A DNA stretch of 64,000 nucleotides from the NCBI GenBank assembly GCA_016188355.1, contig JACPHY010000015.1, forward strand, positions 1,040 through 65,039, in the 5' to 3' direction. The DNA is from Candidatus Uhrbacteria bacterium (GTDB taxonomy: Bacteria; Patescibacteriota; Patescibacteriia; JACPHY01). The position numbers and the translations under genes are program-made. Below, piece after piece: positions 38,121 to 49,085 of the stretch. The notes under the pieces are model-generated. The model was not told where the DNA came from. It ran no database searches and was given only the letters and a program-made list of their open reading frames with translations. Every line of letters begins with the position of its first letter. Within the stretch, counting starts at the first letter, position 1.

Positions 38121-39241
38121 GTCGCATTCTCTTTGATGGTCGGAGTCTCCAATCGCCCCCGCCCCGCGGGGGCGTCGGTGTCGTGGCGGAGCAGCTCCTG
38201 CAGCATCTCCTCGCCGGAGACACCGCGAACGAGTATCTCCTCTTCGTCAACGGCATGGGGAATTTCGCTGGACATCTTCCCGTCCTCACCGCTCCGCATG
38301 CGCGCTGGATGCGGACGTACTGGCCCAACAAATGCTGGAACGCCGCCGCAAGGTGCGGATTGCCGGTCCTGCGCCCTCCGGAGGTCGATGTCGTGTTCCT
38401 CCCGAACCTCAATTTCCTTCCCCCACTCCACCGGTGCACCAAGCTCGTGGTCATGGTCCACGACCTGAGTTTTGTCCATTTCCCTGATTGCTTCACCCCA
38501 AAGCAACGCCTCTGGCATCACGCGATACGACCGCGCACCCTCCTCCAGCGCGCCAACGCCATTGTTGCGGTTTCTCACACGACTGCGCGGGATATTGTGG
38601 ATACGTACGGCATCCCCACATCGCGCGTCCACGTGATTCCTCCCGGCATCACCCATTGCGCACCCACAGAATCACCCCACGCACTCCGTTCGCGATATGC
38701 GCTACCCGTGAAATTCATCCTTACGCTTTCCGCATGGGAGCCACGAAAAAATTTGGACGGCCTCATTGCGGCATTCGAACAATGCGCCACGCACCCCGAA
38801 CTCCAGGATACGCATTTGATCATTGCGGGCATTCCAGGCAGCGCGACCCGCACCATACGTCGCCTCGCCGATCATTCCGCGATGCGCAATCGTATCCGTT
38901 TCCTCTCCGCGATTCCGGACCACGAAAAGCACGCGCTCTATGCGCTTGCCACTTGCTTCGCCTATCCCAGCATCTGGGAGGGATTCGGCATCCCCCCCCT
39001 CGAAGCCATGGCCGCCGGAACGCCGGTCGTCGCGTCCACTGGCGGATCGCTTCCGGAAATCCTCGGCAATGCCGCACTCCTCGTAGATCCGCTCGACCCC
39101 GGCGCCATTGCGCGCGCAATCGTGCATGCATGCACCGACCACCATCTCCGTGCGGAGATCATCGCACAGGGTCGCGCACGCGCACAGCGCTATTCCTGGA
39201 TCACCGCTGCTCAACAACTCCACCACCTCCTCATCGCATGA
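38117..39241 (+). CDS. glycosyltransferase family 4
   Basis: Start overlaps the upstream stop (atgtga). C-terminal [38 protein letters not shown]. Confidence 0.85.
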   Translation: MSRILFDGRSLQSPPPRGGVGVVAEQLLQHLLAGDTANEYLLFVNGMGNFAGHLPVLTAPHARWMRTYWPNKCWNAAARCGLPVLRPPEVDVVFLPNLNFLPPLHRCTKLVVMVHDLSFVHFPDCFTPKQRLWHHAIRPRTLLQRANAIVAVSHTTARDIVDTYGIPTSRVHVIPPGITHCAPTESPHALRSRYALPVKFILTLSAWEPRKNLDGLIAAFEQCATHPELQDTHLIIAGIPGSATRTIRRLADHSAMRNRIRFLSAIPDHEKHALYALATCFAYPSIWEGFGIPPLEAMAAGTPVVASTGGSLPEILGNAALLVDPLDPGAIARAIVHACTDHHLRAEIIAQGRARAQRYSWITAAQQLHHLLIA

Positions 39242-39270
39242 AAAGTGCCGACCCGCATGGGTCGGCACTG
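39241..39270. terminator. intrinsic terminator hairpin (T-run on the minus strand, hairpin usable from either side)
   Basis: aaaa-gtgccgaccc-gcat-gggtcggcac: 10-bp perfect stem. The A4 on the plus strand gives a U-run for minus-strand transcripts. Confidence 0.5.
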
Positions 39271-39401
39271 CACGCTACTGCGTTTCGTAATGGAGAAGCA
39301 GGCCGACGACCACCAGATTTCCGGTTCCGCCACTAAATCCGGTAACGATCGCCATCGCCATGACGCACTCTGCCCAGTTTCACATCAACGCTTCTCTTTT
39401 C

Positions 39402-39938
39402 TCATGGAACCGGATCGATGACCAACTTCGTTCCGTCCGAGGCCCAATGATACCGATGCGCTCGTCCATGGTCGTACTGTTGCAGGGTCGCGCCAGCGGT
39501 CAGTGCAGGCGACTCGAGCAGTATGGGAGCGATCGCCGCGGCCAGCACCTGCGCGAGATCGGGACTGTCTCCGATGCCGTGCTGCCGCATCCACTGCGGA
39601 TCCTCGATGCAGGCGTGCGCCAGCGCAGCGAGCGCATGCACGTCGAAGGAAACCGAGTCCTGCGATGCGGCCTCCAAGAGCGCCCGAACCACCACCACAA
39701 CCGCGCTCTGGATGATGGGCTGGAATGTGCGTTGCCGGATTTGCTCCTCATCTGCTTCGGAGAGCGGCAACGCCTTGGCGGGATCGAGTCCGATCCTCCG
39801 GCAAAAATCTTCCATCCATTGATCCGAACACGACTGCGCCGCCTTCATGCCGGGAAGCTGCGCAATCGCATCCTTCGTCCGCGCGAACATCTCCGCAGAT
39901 AACTGATCCAGTACCGCCTGGGAAGCATTGCTCGACAT
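39402..39938 (-). CDS. hypothetical protein
   Basis: ORF 39402..40001; start taken at MSSNASQAVLDQL. Helical, no motif recognised. Confidence 0.35.
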   Translation of the reverse strand: MSSNASQAVLDQLSAEMFARTKDAIAQLPGMKAAQSCSDQWMEDFCRRIGLDPAKALPLSEADEEQIRQRTFQPIIQSAVVVVVRALLEAASQDSVSFDVHALAALAHACIEDPQWMRQHGIGDSPDLAQVLAAAIAPILLESPALTAGATLQQYDHGRAHRYHWASDGTKLVIDPVP

Positions 39939-40007
39939 GGCCACCTCCAAACGCAGCAACACTGCTACCCGGACGGTAGCAGTGCTGTGCGCACTTGTCA
40001 ATCTCCA

Positions 40008-40724
40008 TCACTTCGGAAACAGCTCCCTCCGGAACGCATGATCTTTTCGCATGTGGTGGCGTTCATGGTATGCCTCCGTCACGGTGCACACTTCGGCGAC
40101 GGTCGGCTCCACAGCGAGATGTGCGAGGCCGCGCTCGAACTGCCGAACGACTTCGTGAATTTCTCGATGCGCCCCATCATCATGCGCAATGCGATCTGCG
40201 AGCCGCCGGAGGTTCGCGAGATGCTGTTCGATTTCATGCTGGATGGCCGCATACACGCGAACACGCTGCTGGTACTCCGTGGCATCCGCAACAATCGCGG
40301 CACGCACATGCGTCTCCGCCTCGCGACGCGCCTCTGCGAGCACCGCACAGAGCGCGCCCAGTTCGGCAGTCGTAAATCGACCCCCGATGCGACTCGTGTC
40401 ATGCAGCAGGAGGATCGATCCGCCATCCGCACGAAATCCAGCGTACTTCTCTCGCAATTTGCGATCCAATTTGGCAACAAAGCGATCAAAATCATGCGCC
40501 TCCAGGTGCTCACGCACGAGTGCCTCGAGCGCCTTCCGATACGGCCAGAGTATTTTCCCGTACGCCACCAGTACCTCCTCCAGTTCCGCCGTGTGGCTCG
40601 GTGGCATGCGGAGCAATCGCTCGTACGCCGCACGCGCCGCGCGAATGGTCGGTTCCGGGGTAAACGGTGGCGCAGCAGTGGCAATCGACTTGAGGAGCGC
40701 CATGGAATGCGGGTAGGGGTGCAT
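40008..40724 (-). CDS. hypothetical all-alpha protein
   Basis: 238-aa ORF, Ala/Arg/Glu/Leu-rich; no motif recognised. Confidence 0.4.
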   Translation of the reverse strand: MHPYPHSMALLKSIATAAPPFTPEPTIRAARAAYERLLRMPPSHTAELEEVLVAYGKILWPYRKALEALVREHLEAHDFDRFVAKLDRKLREKYAGFRADGGSILLLHDTSRIGGRFTTAELGALCAVLAEARREAETHVRAAIVADATEYQQRVRVYAAIQHEIEQHLANLRRLADRIAHDDGAHREIHEVVRQFERGLAHLAVEPTVAEVCTVTEAYHERHHMRKDHAFRRELFPK

Positions 40725-40749
40725 ACGATATCACCATGATATCACGCAC

Positions 40750-41652
40750 TCACCACATCCACACCCGATGCCGTATCGCTGCTCGCCAGATATGCCATCG
40801 GCGACGCAACAGATAGCACGGCCATTTCGCAAAGAACAGCACGGGATCGCGCCCACCGTGCGTCACGTAGCGGACGATCAGGAGCGGGAGCAGGAATGGA
40901 AATCCGAGCAGCGGGAGATAATCCTCCGCGTTGACGACGTGCCGCCATCGGATCGGCGGACGGAACTCCGATGTAAAGATTTCGTTTCCATACCGCGCAG
41001 CGAGGAGCGGCCATACGCTCGCATTGCGCGACTGCGCTGCGAGCGTTGCGGGAGTCCAGAACGATTCCGCATGGATCGCGACCGCACCCGATGCAGGAAC
41101 CAGCCGTCCCACACGAGCCAATCGATAGGCGATCTCCGTGTCTTCGTTGTGATACCGACCAAATTGCGAATCGAATCCACCAACGGCACGGAGCGCCGCC
41201 GCGCGATAGGCGATACACCCCGCGCCCGGCCACGTCGGGCCGAGGTTCTGGACGATGCGTTCGGGAAATCGACCCCGATACCCCGGGGCACGGTAGATCA
41301 CTGAACCGTACGCAGCCACAACCTCCGGATCCCCGCAGGATGCGACGAGCGCAGCGAGCCAGCCCGACTGCACCACGCAATCATCATCGGTAAACGCAAG
41401 CACCTCGCCCTGGGCCTGCGCGAGCGCCGAGTTCCGCGCTGCGCTGACTCCCTGATTTTGTGCATGGCGTACGACGTGCAGCTTTGGGTGCATGCGTTGC
41501 AATTCCTGGCAATATGCTGCAGTGTCGTCCGTCGAACCGTCATCAATCACCAGGAACTCGTTCGCTCCTGCCGCATGCCGCAAAATCGACGCCAAGCACT
41601 GTTCAAGCAATGCGCGCCGATTATACGTACAGATGGCGACGGTGACCGTCAT
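40750..41652 (-). CDS. glycosyltransferase family 2
   Basis: MTVTVAICTYNRRALLEQCLASILRHAAGANEFLVIDDGSTDDTAAYC...FTDDDCVVQSGW (GT-A with DxD-type motifs). Confidence 0.85.
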   Translation of the reverse strand: MTVTVAICTYNRRALLEQCLASILRHAAGANEFLVIDDGSTDDTAAYCQELQRMHPKLHVVRHAQNQGVSAARNSALAQAQGEVLAFTDDDCVVQSGWLAALVASCGDPEVVAAYGSVIYRAPGYRGRFPERIVQNLGPTWPGAGCIAYRAAALRAVGGFDSQFGRYHNEDTEIAYRLARVGRLVPASGAVAIHAESFWTPATLAAQSRNASVWPLLAARYGNEIFTSEFRPPIRWRHVVNAEDYLPLLGFPFLLPLLIVRYVTHGGRDPVLFFAKWPCYLLRRRWHIWRAAIRHRVWMW

Positions 41653-41992
41653 AGGAACACATGGAACCATTGCTGCGCTTCTATCGTATCCCCTTTCGTA
41701 GGAAGCACACGGATATTTCGTTCGTCATTTCGACCACGGTGAGCACTACTCTATGCCCGTCACCATCCGCAAAAAAGGCAGCAAGTACGAGGTTCGTACC
41801 CCGCAGGGCGTTAAAGCGAAGGGGACGACCAGGGCCAAGGCGGAAGCGCAAAGGCGTCTCCTGAAAGGCATCGAGAGCGGCAAGTGGCGACCAACGGGGA
41901 AACCCAGACGGAAACGAACGACCCGCGCATGAGCATACATGATGCGTCCACCAACGAAACGACGGCCACCCGGTTGGGTGACCGTCTCCTGA

Positions 41993-42811
41993 TCAGCTCG
42001 TCGCGCCGTTCCCCTGCGATTCGATGACGACTTCCTGAAACCGCACTCGTCGCCGAACGCGCACCACCACGCTCCAACCGCTCGGGAGATGCGGGCTCAG
42101 GACACGCACCATGAGTTGCGCGAACTCCTTGATATTCTCTTCACTGGCTCCGGTTCGAGCCCCCGAAAGCCTCGCCAGATCGTGAAAGTTGCCCTCTGCC
42201 TGCACGAGGATCGTTTTGGCATTTGCCGGATACCAGCGGTAACCGAGCACCACGAGCGGTCCGTCATCCGGATCGTGGACGTGTTCGTCCTTTGCACGCA
42301 GACGCCTCCGGCTTCGCTCGGTGAGGTACGCAGGAAAGAGGTCATGGTCGAGCGGAATTGCTTGACCGATCTTGTTCCGGGTGGCCGTCCAATATTTATC
42401 CAGCCATTCCCACACAAACGAATAGCGCGCCCGCAACACCTCACGCGCGAGGGCGTGCCGCTTACTCTCCTCCGCCTGTTCCGGGGTTGGCTCTGGGAGC
42501 TTTCCGCTCGCGCGAATGCGATCAACGAATTCCAGCATCGCTTTCGCTTGCGCCGGATCCAAGTCCTCCTCCTCCAGAATACATTCCGCAAACGCCACCA
42601 CTGCCGCAGGAGAAGGCTCTGGCTCTGGATCGGGCCCTCCTCCATGCTCGAGCGCCCTGTCCATGTCCGCCCACGACTCCAGAACGAACGACACGCAGAG
42701 CTCCTCCGGAACGAGCCGAACAAGCTCCTCGATTCGCTGCCGGCCTCGCTCGAGATCTTCCAATGGACTTCCGCGCCCTTTGCGATCACCGATTGGCTCG
42801 TCAGAACTCAT
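41993..42811 (-). CDS. hypothetical acidic protein
   Basis: 272-aa ORF, Glu/Asp/Pro-rich central region; no motif. Confidence 0.4.
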   Translation of the reverse strand: MSSDEPIGDRKGRGSPLEDLERGRQRIEELVRLVPEELCVSFVLESWADMDRALEHGGGPDPEPEPSPAAVVAFAECILEEEDLDPAQAKAMLEFVDRIRASGKLPEPTPEQAEESKRHALAREVLRARYSFVWEWLDKYWTATRNKIGQAIPLDHDLFPAYLTERSRRRLRAKDEHVHDPDDGPLVVLGYRWYPANAKTILVQAEGNFHDLARLSGARTGASEENIKEFAQLMVRVLSPHLPSGWSVVVRVRRRVRFQEVVIESQGNGATS

Positions 42812-42958
42812 GCAACCTCCTCAGGAAGGCTTCAGCCACCTCTTCGCAGTAAAAACAGATGCGATAAATATGCCGCGAATCCCTATTGTTGTCAATAAGA
42901 CGGACTTCCAGAAAAAACTGCCTCCGTGCGCCACCCGTTTCGCTATAATGGCAGCACT

Positions 42959-44113
42959 ATGCGCATCGGGATCGACGCACGACTCTACGGGGTGGCCAGC
43001 GGAACGGGTATTGGTCGATATACGGAAGAACTCGTGCACGCACTCGGTGCCATGCCAATAGAAACAGCGGACCTCGAATTTGTCGTCTTCCTCCGTCGGG
43101 ATGCATTCGCAACTTTTGCGCCGCCGAACACGCGGTGGTCGAAGGTACTCGCCGAGTTTCGGCCGTATACCCTGACTGCGCAGACACAATTCCCGCGCGT
43201 GCTTGCCGATGCGCGCGTGGATCTCATGCATTTTACGCACTTTGATCACCCGCTCGCGTATCGTGGGCCATTCCTCACGACCATCCACGACACCATCCTC
43301 CTCGACCACCCCACTACCCGCGCCTCGACGCTCGGCCCCATCAAATTCTGGACGAAATACCTCGCATATCGCTCGGTCATCCGTGACGCCGTCCGTCGCA
43401 GCATGCGCGTCCTCACCCCATCCCGCGCGGTCAAAGATGACCTCGTGCGGCGATTCCGCGTACTCCCGGAACAGGTCATCGCCGCGCATCTTGGGGTGAA
43501 CCACGCTGCACCCCCTCCTCCATCAGCGCAGCAGAATCGAACAGCAGCGGACGCGCCACCACTCCCCAATCGCCCATTCGTGCTCTACGTCGGTAATGCG
43601 TACCCACACAAGAATCTCGCATGGCTCGTTCGCGTATGGCCGAATATCGCCGAGGCTGAGGATGGTCTTCTCTTGGTGCTCGTGGGGCGAGAAGACGATT
43701 TCTACCACACACTCCGCACCCATGTGGATACTCGAACACCAATCGTGTTCATGGGGCCATGCGGTGATGAAGCACTACAGTGGCTCTATCAACACGCGAC
43801 CGCATACGTGAGCCCGAGTCTTGCGGAGGGATTCGATCTCCCCACGCTCGAGGCCGCAGCAAAAGGAATTCCCGTAGTTGCGACAAAAATACCCGTGCAC
43901 ACGGAAATACTCGGCGACGGTGCGCACTTCTTTCCCCCGGGGGACGGAGAAGCACTGCACCATGCCATACGCGAACTCCGAACCCATCACGAACTCCGTG
44001 ATATACTGATACGTCACGGGCGTGCGCGCGCGCAGCAATACTCCTGGTCCTCCTGCGCAACGGAAACACTGCGCGCGTATCGCGAGGCGCTCGCCCTCCG
44101 TTTCCCGTCCTAA
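42959..44113 (+). CDS. glycosyltransferase family 4
   Basis: MRIGIDARLYGVASGTGIGRY N-terminus and EGFDLPTLEAAAKGIPVVATKIPVHTEILGDGAHFF C-terminal motif. Confidence 0.85.
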   Translation: MRIGIDARLYGVASGTGIGRYTEELVHALGAMPIETADLEFVVFLRRDAFATFAPPNTRWSKVLAEFRPYTLTAQTQFPRVLADARVDLMHFTHFDHPLAYRGPFLTTIHDTILLDHPTTRASTLGPIKFWTKYLAYRSVIRDAVRRSMRVLTPSRAVKDDLVRRFRVLPEQVIAAHLGVNHAAPPPPSAQQNRTAADAPPLPNRPFVLYVGNAYPHKNLAWLVRVWPNIAEAEDGLLLVLVGREDDFYHTLRTHVDTRTPIVFMGPCGDEALQWLYQHATAYVSPSLAEGFDLPTLEAAAKGIPVVATKIPVHTEILGDGAHFFPPGDGEALHHAIRELRTHHELRDILIRHGRARAQQYSWSSCATETLRAYREALALRFPS

Positions 44114-44119
44114 TACCCC

Positions 44120-47063
44120 GCGCCGCTGCGGGATCACCTACCTGCGGCCATCGGCATCGCTGCCACACCGCAGACCCTCCCGGACTGTGCCCCGTGCCAT
44201 TTCCTCCACGCCGCGACCACGCCGCACCGCATCCCGCGTCAAACGGGATAGCATCCCTCCTGATCACAACCTCCCGGAGCTTCTGGGATGCCTCCCTGCG
44301 CTCCTTTCCGATCGAAACCTCACGGCGTTCCACGACGAAGCCACGGGCACGCTCCATGCGTGGGAGCCGCTCATCACGTACCACGCACCGCCCGATCGCA
44401 CCGCGCACACGCCCATCACATCTTCCCTTGCCACCACCCCCGCACCCCTCACACCGAAAGTCGGTGTCGCAGCACCAGTGCCCAATCGCATCGCCATCCC
44501 CATTGCCGCCGGCACCGCGCCACAACGATCCACCTCCGCTCCGATGGTCACCGCTCCTGGCGCACGCACCTCGACCGCGCCCCTCCCATTCGCCGTTCCC
44601 ATTGATGCTCGCCTCCCGCGAGATCCATCGCGCCACGTCATCGCCCTCACCCGGCCGGCACCGCAGCGACGCCCAATCCCCACCCCCGCACTCGATCTTG
44701 CAGCAAGCGTTCGTACACAGATTGCGGCGCGACTCCCCCAGCAATCCCCCGTCACCACACTGCGTCTATGGTGGCAGCAGATCCGTACGCGATCATTTCG
44801 GATCTCCGTGTCACCCACCCCATCCGTTCCTGCCCCCGCCATCGCCGTTCGCGCGCCGTACGACGAACTCCTCATCTGCACCGTCTGCATCGGCACCATG
44901 GACACGCTCTGGCGGGAACTCGGTTGGCCGATCTGGCAATTTTTCCGCCTTCCGCACCCCCACACACTTCGCACGCAGCTCCGGCTCTGGTGGTGGGCAC
45001 GTACCCTGCCCTATCGCGCATTGCCCGCGCTGAGTCCGGCGAGCAATCGTCTCTGCGTGGCACCGGTGCGCATTGCGCCGGTCGAACGCACCCGCATCCA
45101 ATTCCGCCATGCCGCCACATTCGCACTCACCCTCACCCTCACCATTCTCCCGCTCAAAATTTTCGGACTGAGTGCGGAACTTCCTGCAATCCGTAGCCGT
45201 GTCCTCGGTGCAACCGCACACGTGCTCGATGGATTCGCTACCGGCGCTGCGGCGGTGCAACAGTCCTCCTTCCAACAGGCAATCACGGACTTCAATGCCG
45301 CACGCACCACCCTCGACAACATCGCCCAAATCGCCGGCCCCGCATCACAGCTCGGACTCGCGGCGAGTCGCCATGTACCATTCCTGCAATCGACCATCGG
45401 ACGCGCGGAAGACGCGCGGCGCGCAGCAATAGCCCTCGCGGACGCCAGTAGCGCCGCCACTCGTGGCATTGCACTGCTCACGACCATCGACCCCCAATCG
45501 CCCGACAGTCGCGACGCGCTCCGTGCGGCAACTGCCGCATTCCACACGGCACGCACCCGCGCTGATGCAGCAGCGGAACTCCTCCCCCATGCGGCGCCCG
45601 CACTCGTCCCCACGATTACCCGAGCACAATACGAGCTCCGTCGCGTGGAATCTCTCCTCCCCATCCTCACCGCGCTCGCCGGCATGGATCGTCCACGACG
45701 GATCCTCCTCGTATTCCAAAACCCCGCAGAGCTTCGCCCGACCGGCGGATTCATGGGATCCATTGCGCTCCTCGATGTCGCAAATGGCACGGTGCAAAAT
45801 TTTGAACTTCCGGGAGGAGGGTCGTACGACATCTCCGGACAATCCCGCCTGCGCGTCCTCCCACCGGAACCCCTGCGACTCCTCACCTCCACATGGCAAT
45901 TCCATGACGCGAACTGGTTTCCTGATTTTCCCACGAGCGCACGACAGCTCCGCACGTTCTACATCGCCGGAGGAGGCCCCAGCGTCGATGCGGTGATTGC
46001 CGTGAACGCGCCACTCCTCTCGGACATACTCGCACTCACCGGTCCAGTGACGGTCGGAGAGCGCTCATTCGGTGCAGCGGATGTGCTCACCGCAATCACG
46101 GACACCGTGGAAAGTGCGGCCGCACGGCGTACGGGACAGCCAAAGGCCATCCTCGGCGCGCTCGCACCGGAATTGCTCCGCCGACTGACTACCCTCACCA
46201 TGGATGGCGACACCTCGACACGCCTCCTGCTCCTGGATCGACTCCTCCGCGCATTCGATGAACGAGATGTACTCGTCCATTTCTCCGATGATGCCGTGCA
46301 ACGCGCAGTGGCGACCGCGCGATGGGATGGAGCCGTACACAGCGCACCACGAGATTCCCTCTTCGTCGTTCATGCGAACATTGGCGGCGGGAAAACCGAT
46401 ACCTCCATCCGCACGAATACCGCACACACCGCGAACCTCCGGGCCGATGGTTCCATCGTGGACACCCTCCGAATCACGAGAACGCATGAGGGCACGCCCG
46501 CACCTGTCGGAACACCGGCATCCGCGCGCCTTGCCGGACTCCATCATCTCGACTACATTCGCGTGTATGTGCCGCGAGGCGCCACGTTGCTCAGTGCGCA
46601 AGGATTCCAATCTCCGGATGCCGCTGCCTTTGAGCCCATCCCCACGGATGCCATCCCTGATCGTACCCTCCTCGCCACGGAACTCACCCCCACCATCGAT
46701 CCGCGCACCGGCATTCGCATTACCGAAGAATTCGGTCACACGGTGTTTGGCGGCTGGCTGCAAATCGATCCGGGCACATCGACTGCCGTGCAATTGACCT
46801 ACGTCCTGCCATGGCAAATCGAACGGACACGCACGAACGCGATCGGCACACCAGTTCCCGCCGATCCGCAGTCCTACTCGCTTGCCGTGCAAAAACAACC
46901 GGGGATGCAAACCACCTTCCAACACTCCTTCACCATCGATCCAAGCTGGCGCACCACATGGATCGCGCGCAACCTCCACGCACAGGGAACACGCACCTGG
47001 AACGTTGATGATCTCCTCACCACCGATCTCTTCACGGGAGCACTCGTGGCTCCAAAAAACTAA
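44120..47063 (+). CDS. large membrane-anchored extracellular protein, possibly DUF4012-like; start codon uncertain
   Basis: Long ORF (44022..47063) whose first ~30 codons overlap the GT4 gene, and no ATG occurs in the first ~170 codons. Internal TM ATFALTLTLTILPLKIFGLSA. Conserved-looking core NPAELRPTGGFMGSIALLDVANGTVQNFELPGGGSYDISG. The DUF4012 attribution is from memory only. Confidence 0.5.
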
Positions 47064-47086
47064 AACACGAAAAACGCGAGAACCAT

Positions 47087-48526
47087 ATGTCGCATGAGTC
47101 GAACAAACGGAAACGTCACGGCATTCCCACGCGCATTCGCCGAGAAAACGTGGAGCGCATTTATCGAGATGCCGACGGCAATCTGCCCGACTTTACGCGA
47201 CTCGATCGCCGACCGCCCACCTGGCGCCGATGGGCAATTGCGGGAAGCCTCGTGGCACTCGCCATGCTCGCGGTTGCCGCATGGACGAGCTTCCTCCTCT
47301 TTAAGCCGTACGCCGTTTCGAGTGGCAGTGACGTCCTCCTCACCATCGATGCACCCTCCGCCGTCGGATTCGGCGAGGAAACCACCTATCGGGTCACGCT
47401 CACCAACAACGATCGCGTCCCCCTTGCGTCCAGCAGCATTGAACTCCGACTCCCGGGAGACTTCCGCATGATCACCGCGCTCCCGACGCCCGATGATACC
47501 CACACGCTCCGATGGACGCTGGGCACCATCCCGGACCATGGACATAAAACGATTGAGGTACGGGGACAGATATTCGGCGCGCCCGCCAATAGTGTCGTGA
47601 TCGACGCATTGGCCATCTACCGACCCGCCAATTTCAATGCGGACTTCCAAACCACCGCGTCCGCGTCCACCGTACTCGGTGCAAGTCCGATCGCCCTCAG
47701 TATCGAGGGACCCACCGAAATACTGCCGCGCAGTCCCGTCACCTACACCCTCACCTACGAACACCTCGGGGAACGCATCCTTCCCCCCATGCAGGTCACC
47801 GTAGATGCACCGCGCACCTTCGTGCTCACCTCTGCAAAGCCAGAACGCGCACGGAAAGACCTGCTGCAATGGTCCCTGGGCGAACTCCCCCCGAATGCCA
47901 AGGGCACCATCATCCTCACCGGGAACTTCACGGATGGCGGACGGGATCCCATCACGCTCCGCGCGACCGCACTCCTAAAAACCACGAACGATCACTCCAT
48001 CGCGCTCGCCAGCACGGAGACCAGTACCATGGTGGTGGGTGGAGATGTGGCGGTCGTTGCCACGGCCAACGATCAAGCGACAGCACTGGACGTCCATGCC
48101 GGCGATACGCTGCGCTTCCGATCCACCATTCGCAATGATGGCACCAAACCCCTGCAAGGCGTGACCGTGCATGCCATACTCGAAGCTCCGGCAATTGGCG
48201 ACCGCAGCATCCTCAACTTCAACCACATCACCGACACGGCAAACGGAATCGCCATCGGGGAACAACTGGGCGCCGGGCGACGCCGGGGCACCATTACGTG
48301 GACCGCCACAGAAATCCCTGCTCTGACCACGATTCCGCCCGGCGAGCAACGACAAATCGACTTCGTCCTTCCCCTCCATACCACCGAATCCCTTCCTGGT
48401 TTCCCCACGAAAGGAACCATCACCTTCCGCACGACCGTCGATATTGCGACCACCGGAACTACGCCCGCACGCACCGTACCGAGCAACACGCTCACCATGC
48501 AGCTCCGAGACGCCACCACCCCATAG
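47087..48526 (+). CDS. exported protein with DUF11-type (conserved repeat domain) beta-sandwich repeats
   Basis: TM/signal anchor WAIAGSLVALAMLAVAAWTSFLLF. Repeats of the DUF11 flavour: ETTYRVTLTNNDRVPLASSSIELRLPGDF, PVTYTLTYEHLGERILPPMQVTVDAPRTF, DTLRFRSTIRNDGTKPLQGVTVHAILEA. Confidence 0.55.
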   Translation: MSHESNKRKRHGIPTRIRRENVERIYRDADGNLPDFTRLDRRPPTWRRWAIAGSLVALAMLAVAAWTSFLLFKPYAVSSGSDVLLTIDAPSAVGFGEETTYRVTLTNNDRVPLASSSIELRLPGDFRMITALPTPDDTHTLRWTLGTIPDHGHKTIEVRGQIFGAPANSVVIDALAIYRPANFNADFQTTASASTVLGASPIALSIEGPTEILPRSPVTYTLTYEHLGERILPPMQVTVDAPRTFVLTSAKPERARKDLLQWSLGELPPNAKGTIILTGNFTDGGRDPITLRATALLKTTNDHSIALASTETSTMVVGGDVAVVATANDQATALDVHAGDTLRFRSTIRNDGTKPLQGVTVHAILEAPAIGDRSILNFNHITDTANGIAIGEQLGAGRRRGTITWTATEIPALTTIPPGEQRQIDFVLPLHTTESLPGFPTKGTITFRTTVDIATTGTTPARTVPSNTLTMQLRDATTP

Positions 48527-48627
48527 CGCCACGTCGCCGCCAGACTCATGAGTCTGGCGGCGACGCATCTCATGCGCAACGATCGCGTCCGCTGTTCGTT
48601 CCATCACCCCACCCGGAGGAGGGAGTC

Positions 48628-49032
48628 ATGCCGCCAACCAGTCGCACCATGAAGCCTGCGGATATTCTGGGCGCGCTGCTCGCGCTCACCCAAACGGAAC
48701 ACGACGTACTCCCCTACGACCGCACCCGTCTCCATCACGCCCTCTGTGTCGCACGGCTCGCATCGCCCATGCTCACGCACCTCGGATGCGCCGCATATCC
48801 CCACGAGGACCACCCCATCGTCGACGCGACGCTCATTCAGATGCAACGCGCGAGGGTACTCAAAATCGTGGAAACCGATGGACGCTGCACCATCGAACTC
48901 TCCGCAGTTCGCTACTTCGATGAAATCGTACTCGCCAAATTTACCCGCGACGACCTGAGCGCCTTACGCCGTGCGGCAAAAATATTTGGCGCAGCACTCC
49001 TGGGACCGGAACCAACCCCCACCGGAGCATGA
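48628..49032 (+). CDS. hypothetical protein (134 aa)
   Basis: ATG at 48628 preceded by ggaggagggagtc (strong Shine-Dalgarno). MPPTSRTMKPADILGALLALTQTEHDV... Confidence 0.45.
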   Translation: MPPTSRTMKPADILGALLALTQTEHDVLPYDRTRLHHALCVARLASPMLTHLGCAAYPHEDHPIVDATLIQMQRARVLKIVETDGRCTIELSAVRYFDEIVLAKFTRDDLSALRRAAKIFGAALLGPEPTPTGA

Positions 49033-49085
49033 GACAACGAGCGGACCACCGAGGTGGCCCGCGTTTTCTTGTTCGGCACATCCCC

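Noticed and set aside
43749-44744. 331-aa minus-strand ORF antisense to the GT4 / large membrane protein genes
   Set aside because: Extremely Gly/Arg/Cys-rich (GGGGKGRCDGRVRG...), no start context, lies entirely antisense to well-supported genes; typical high-GC antisense artefact. The same applies to 45011..45955(-), 19665..20483(+), 34791..35879(-), 61964..63763(+) and similar overlapping ORFs.
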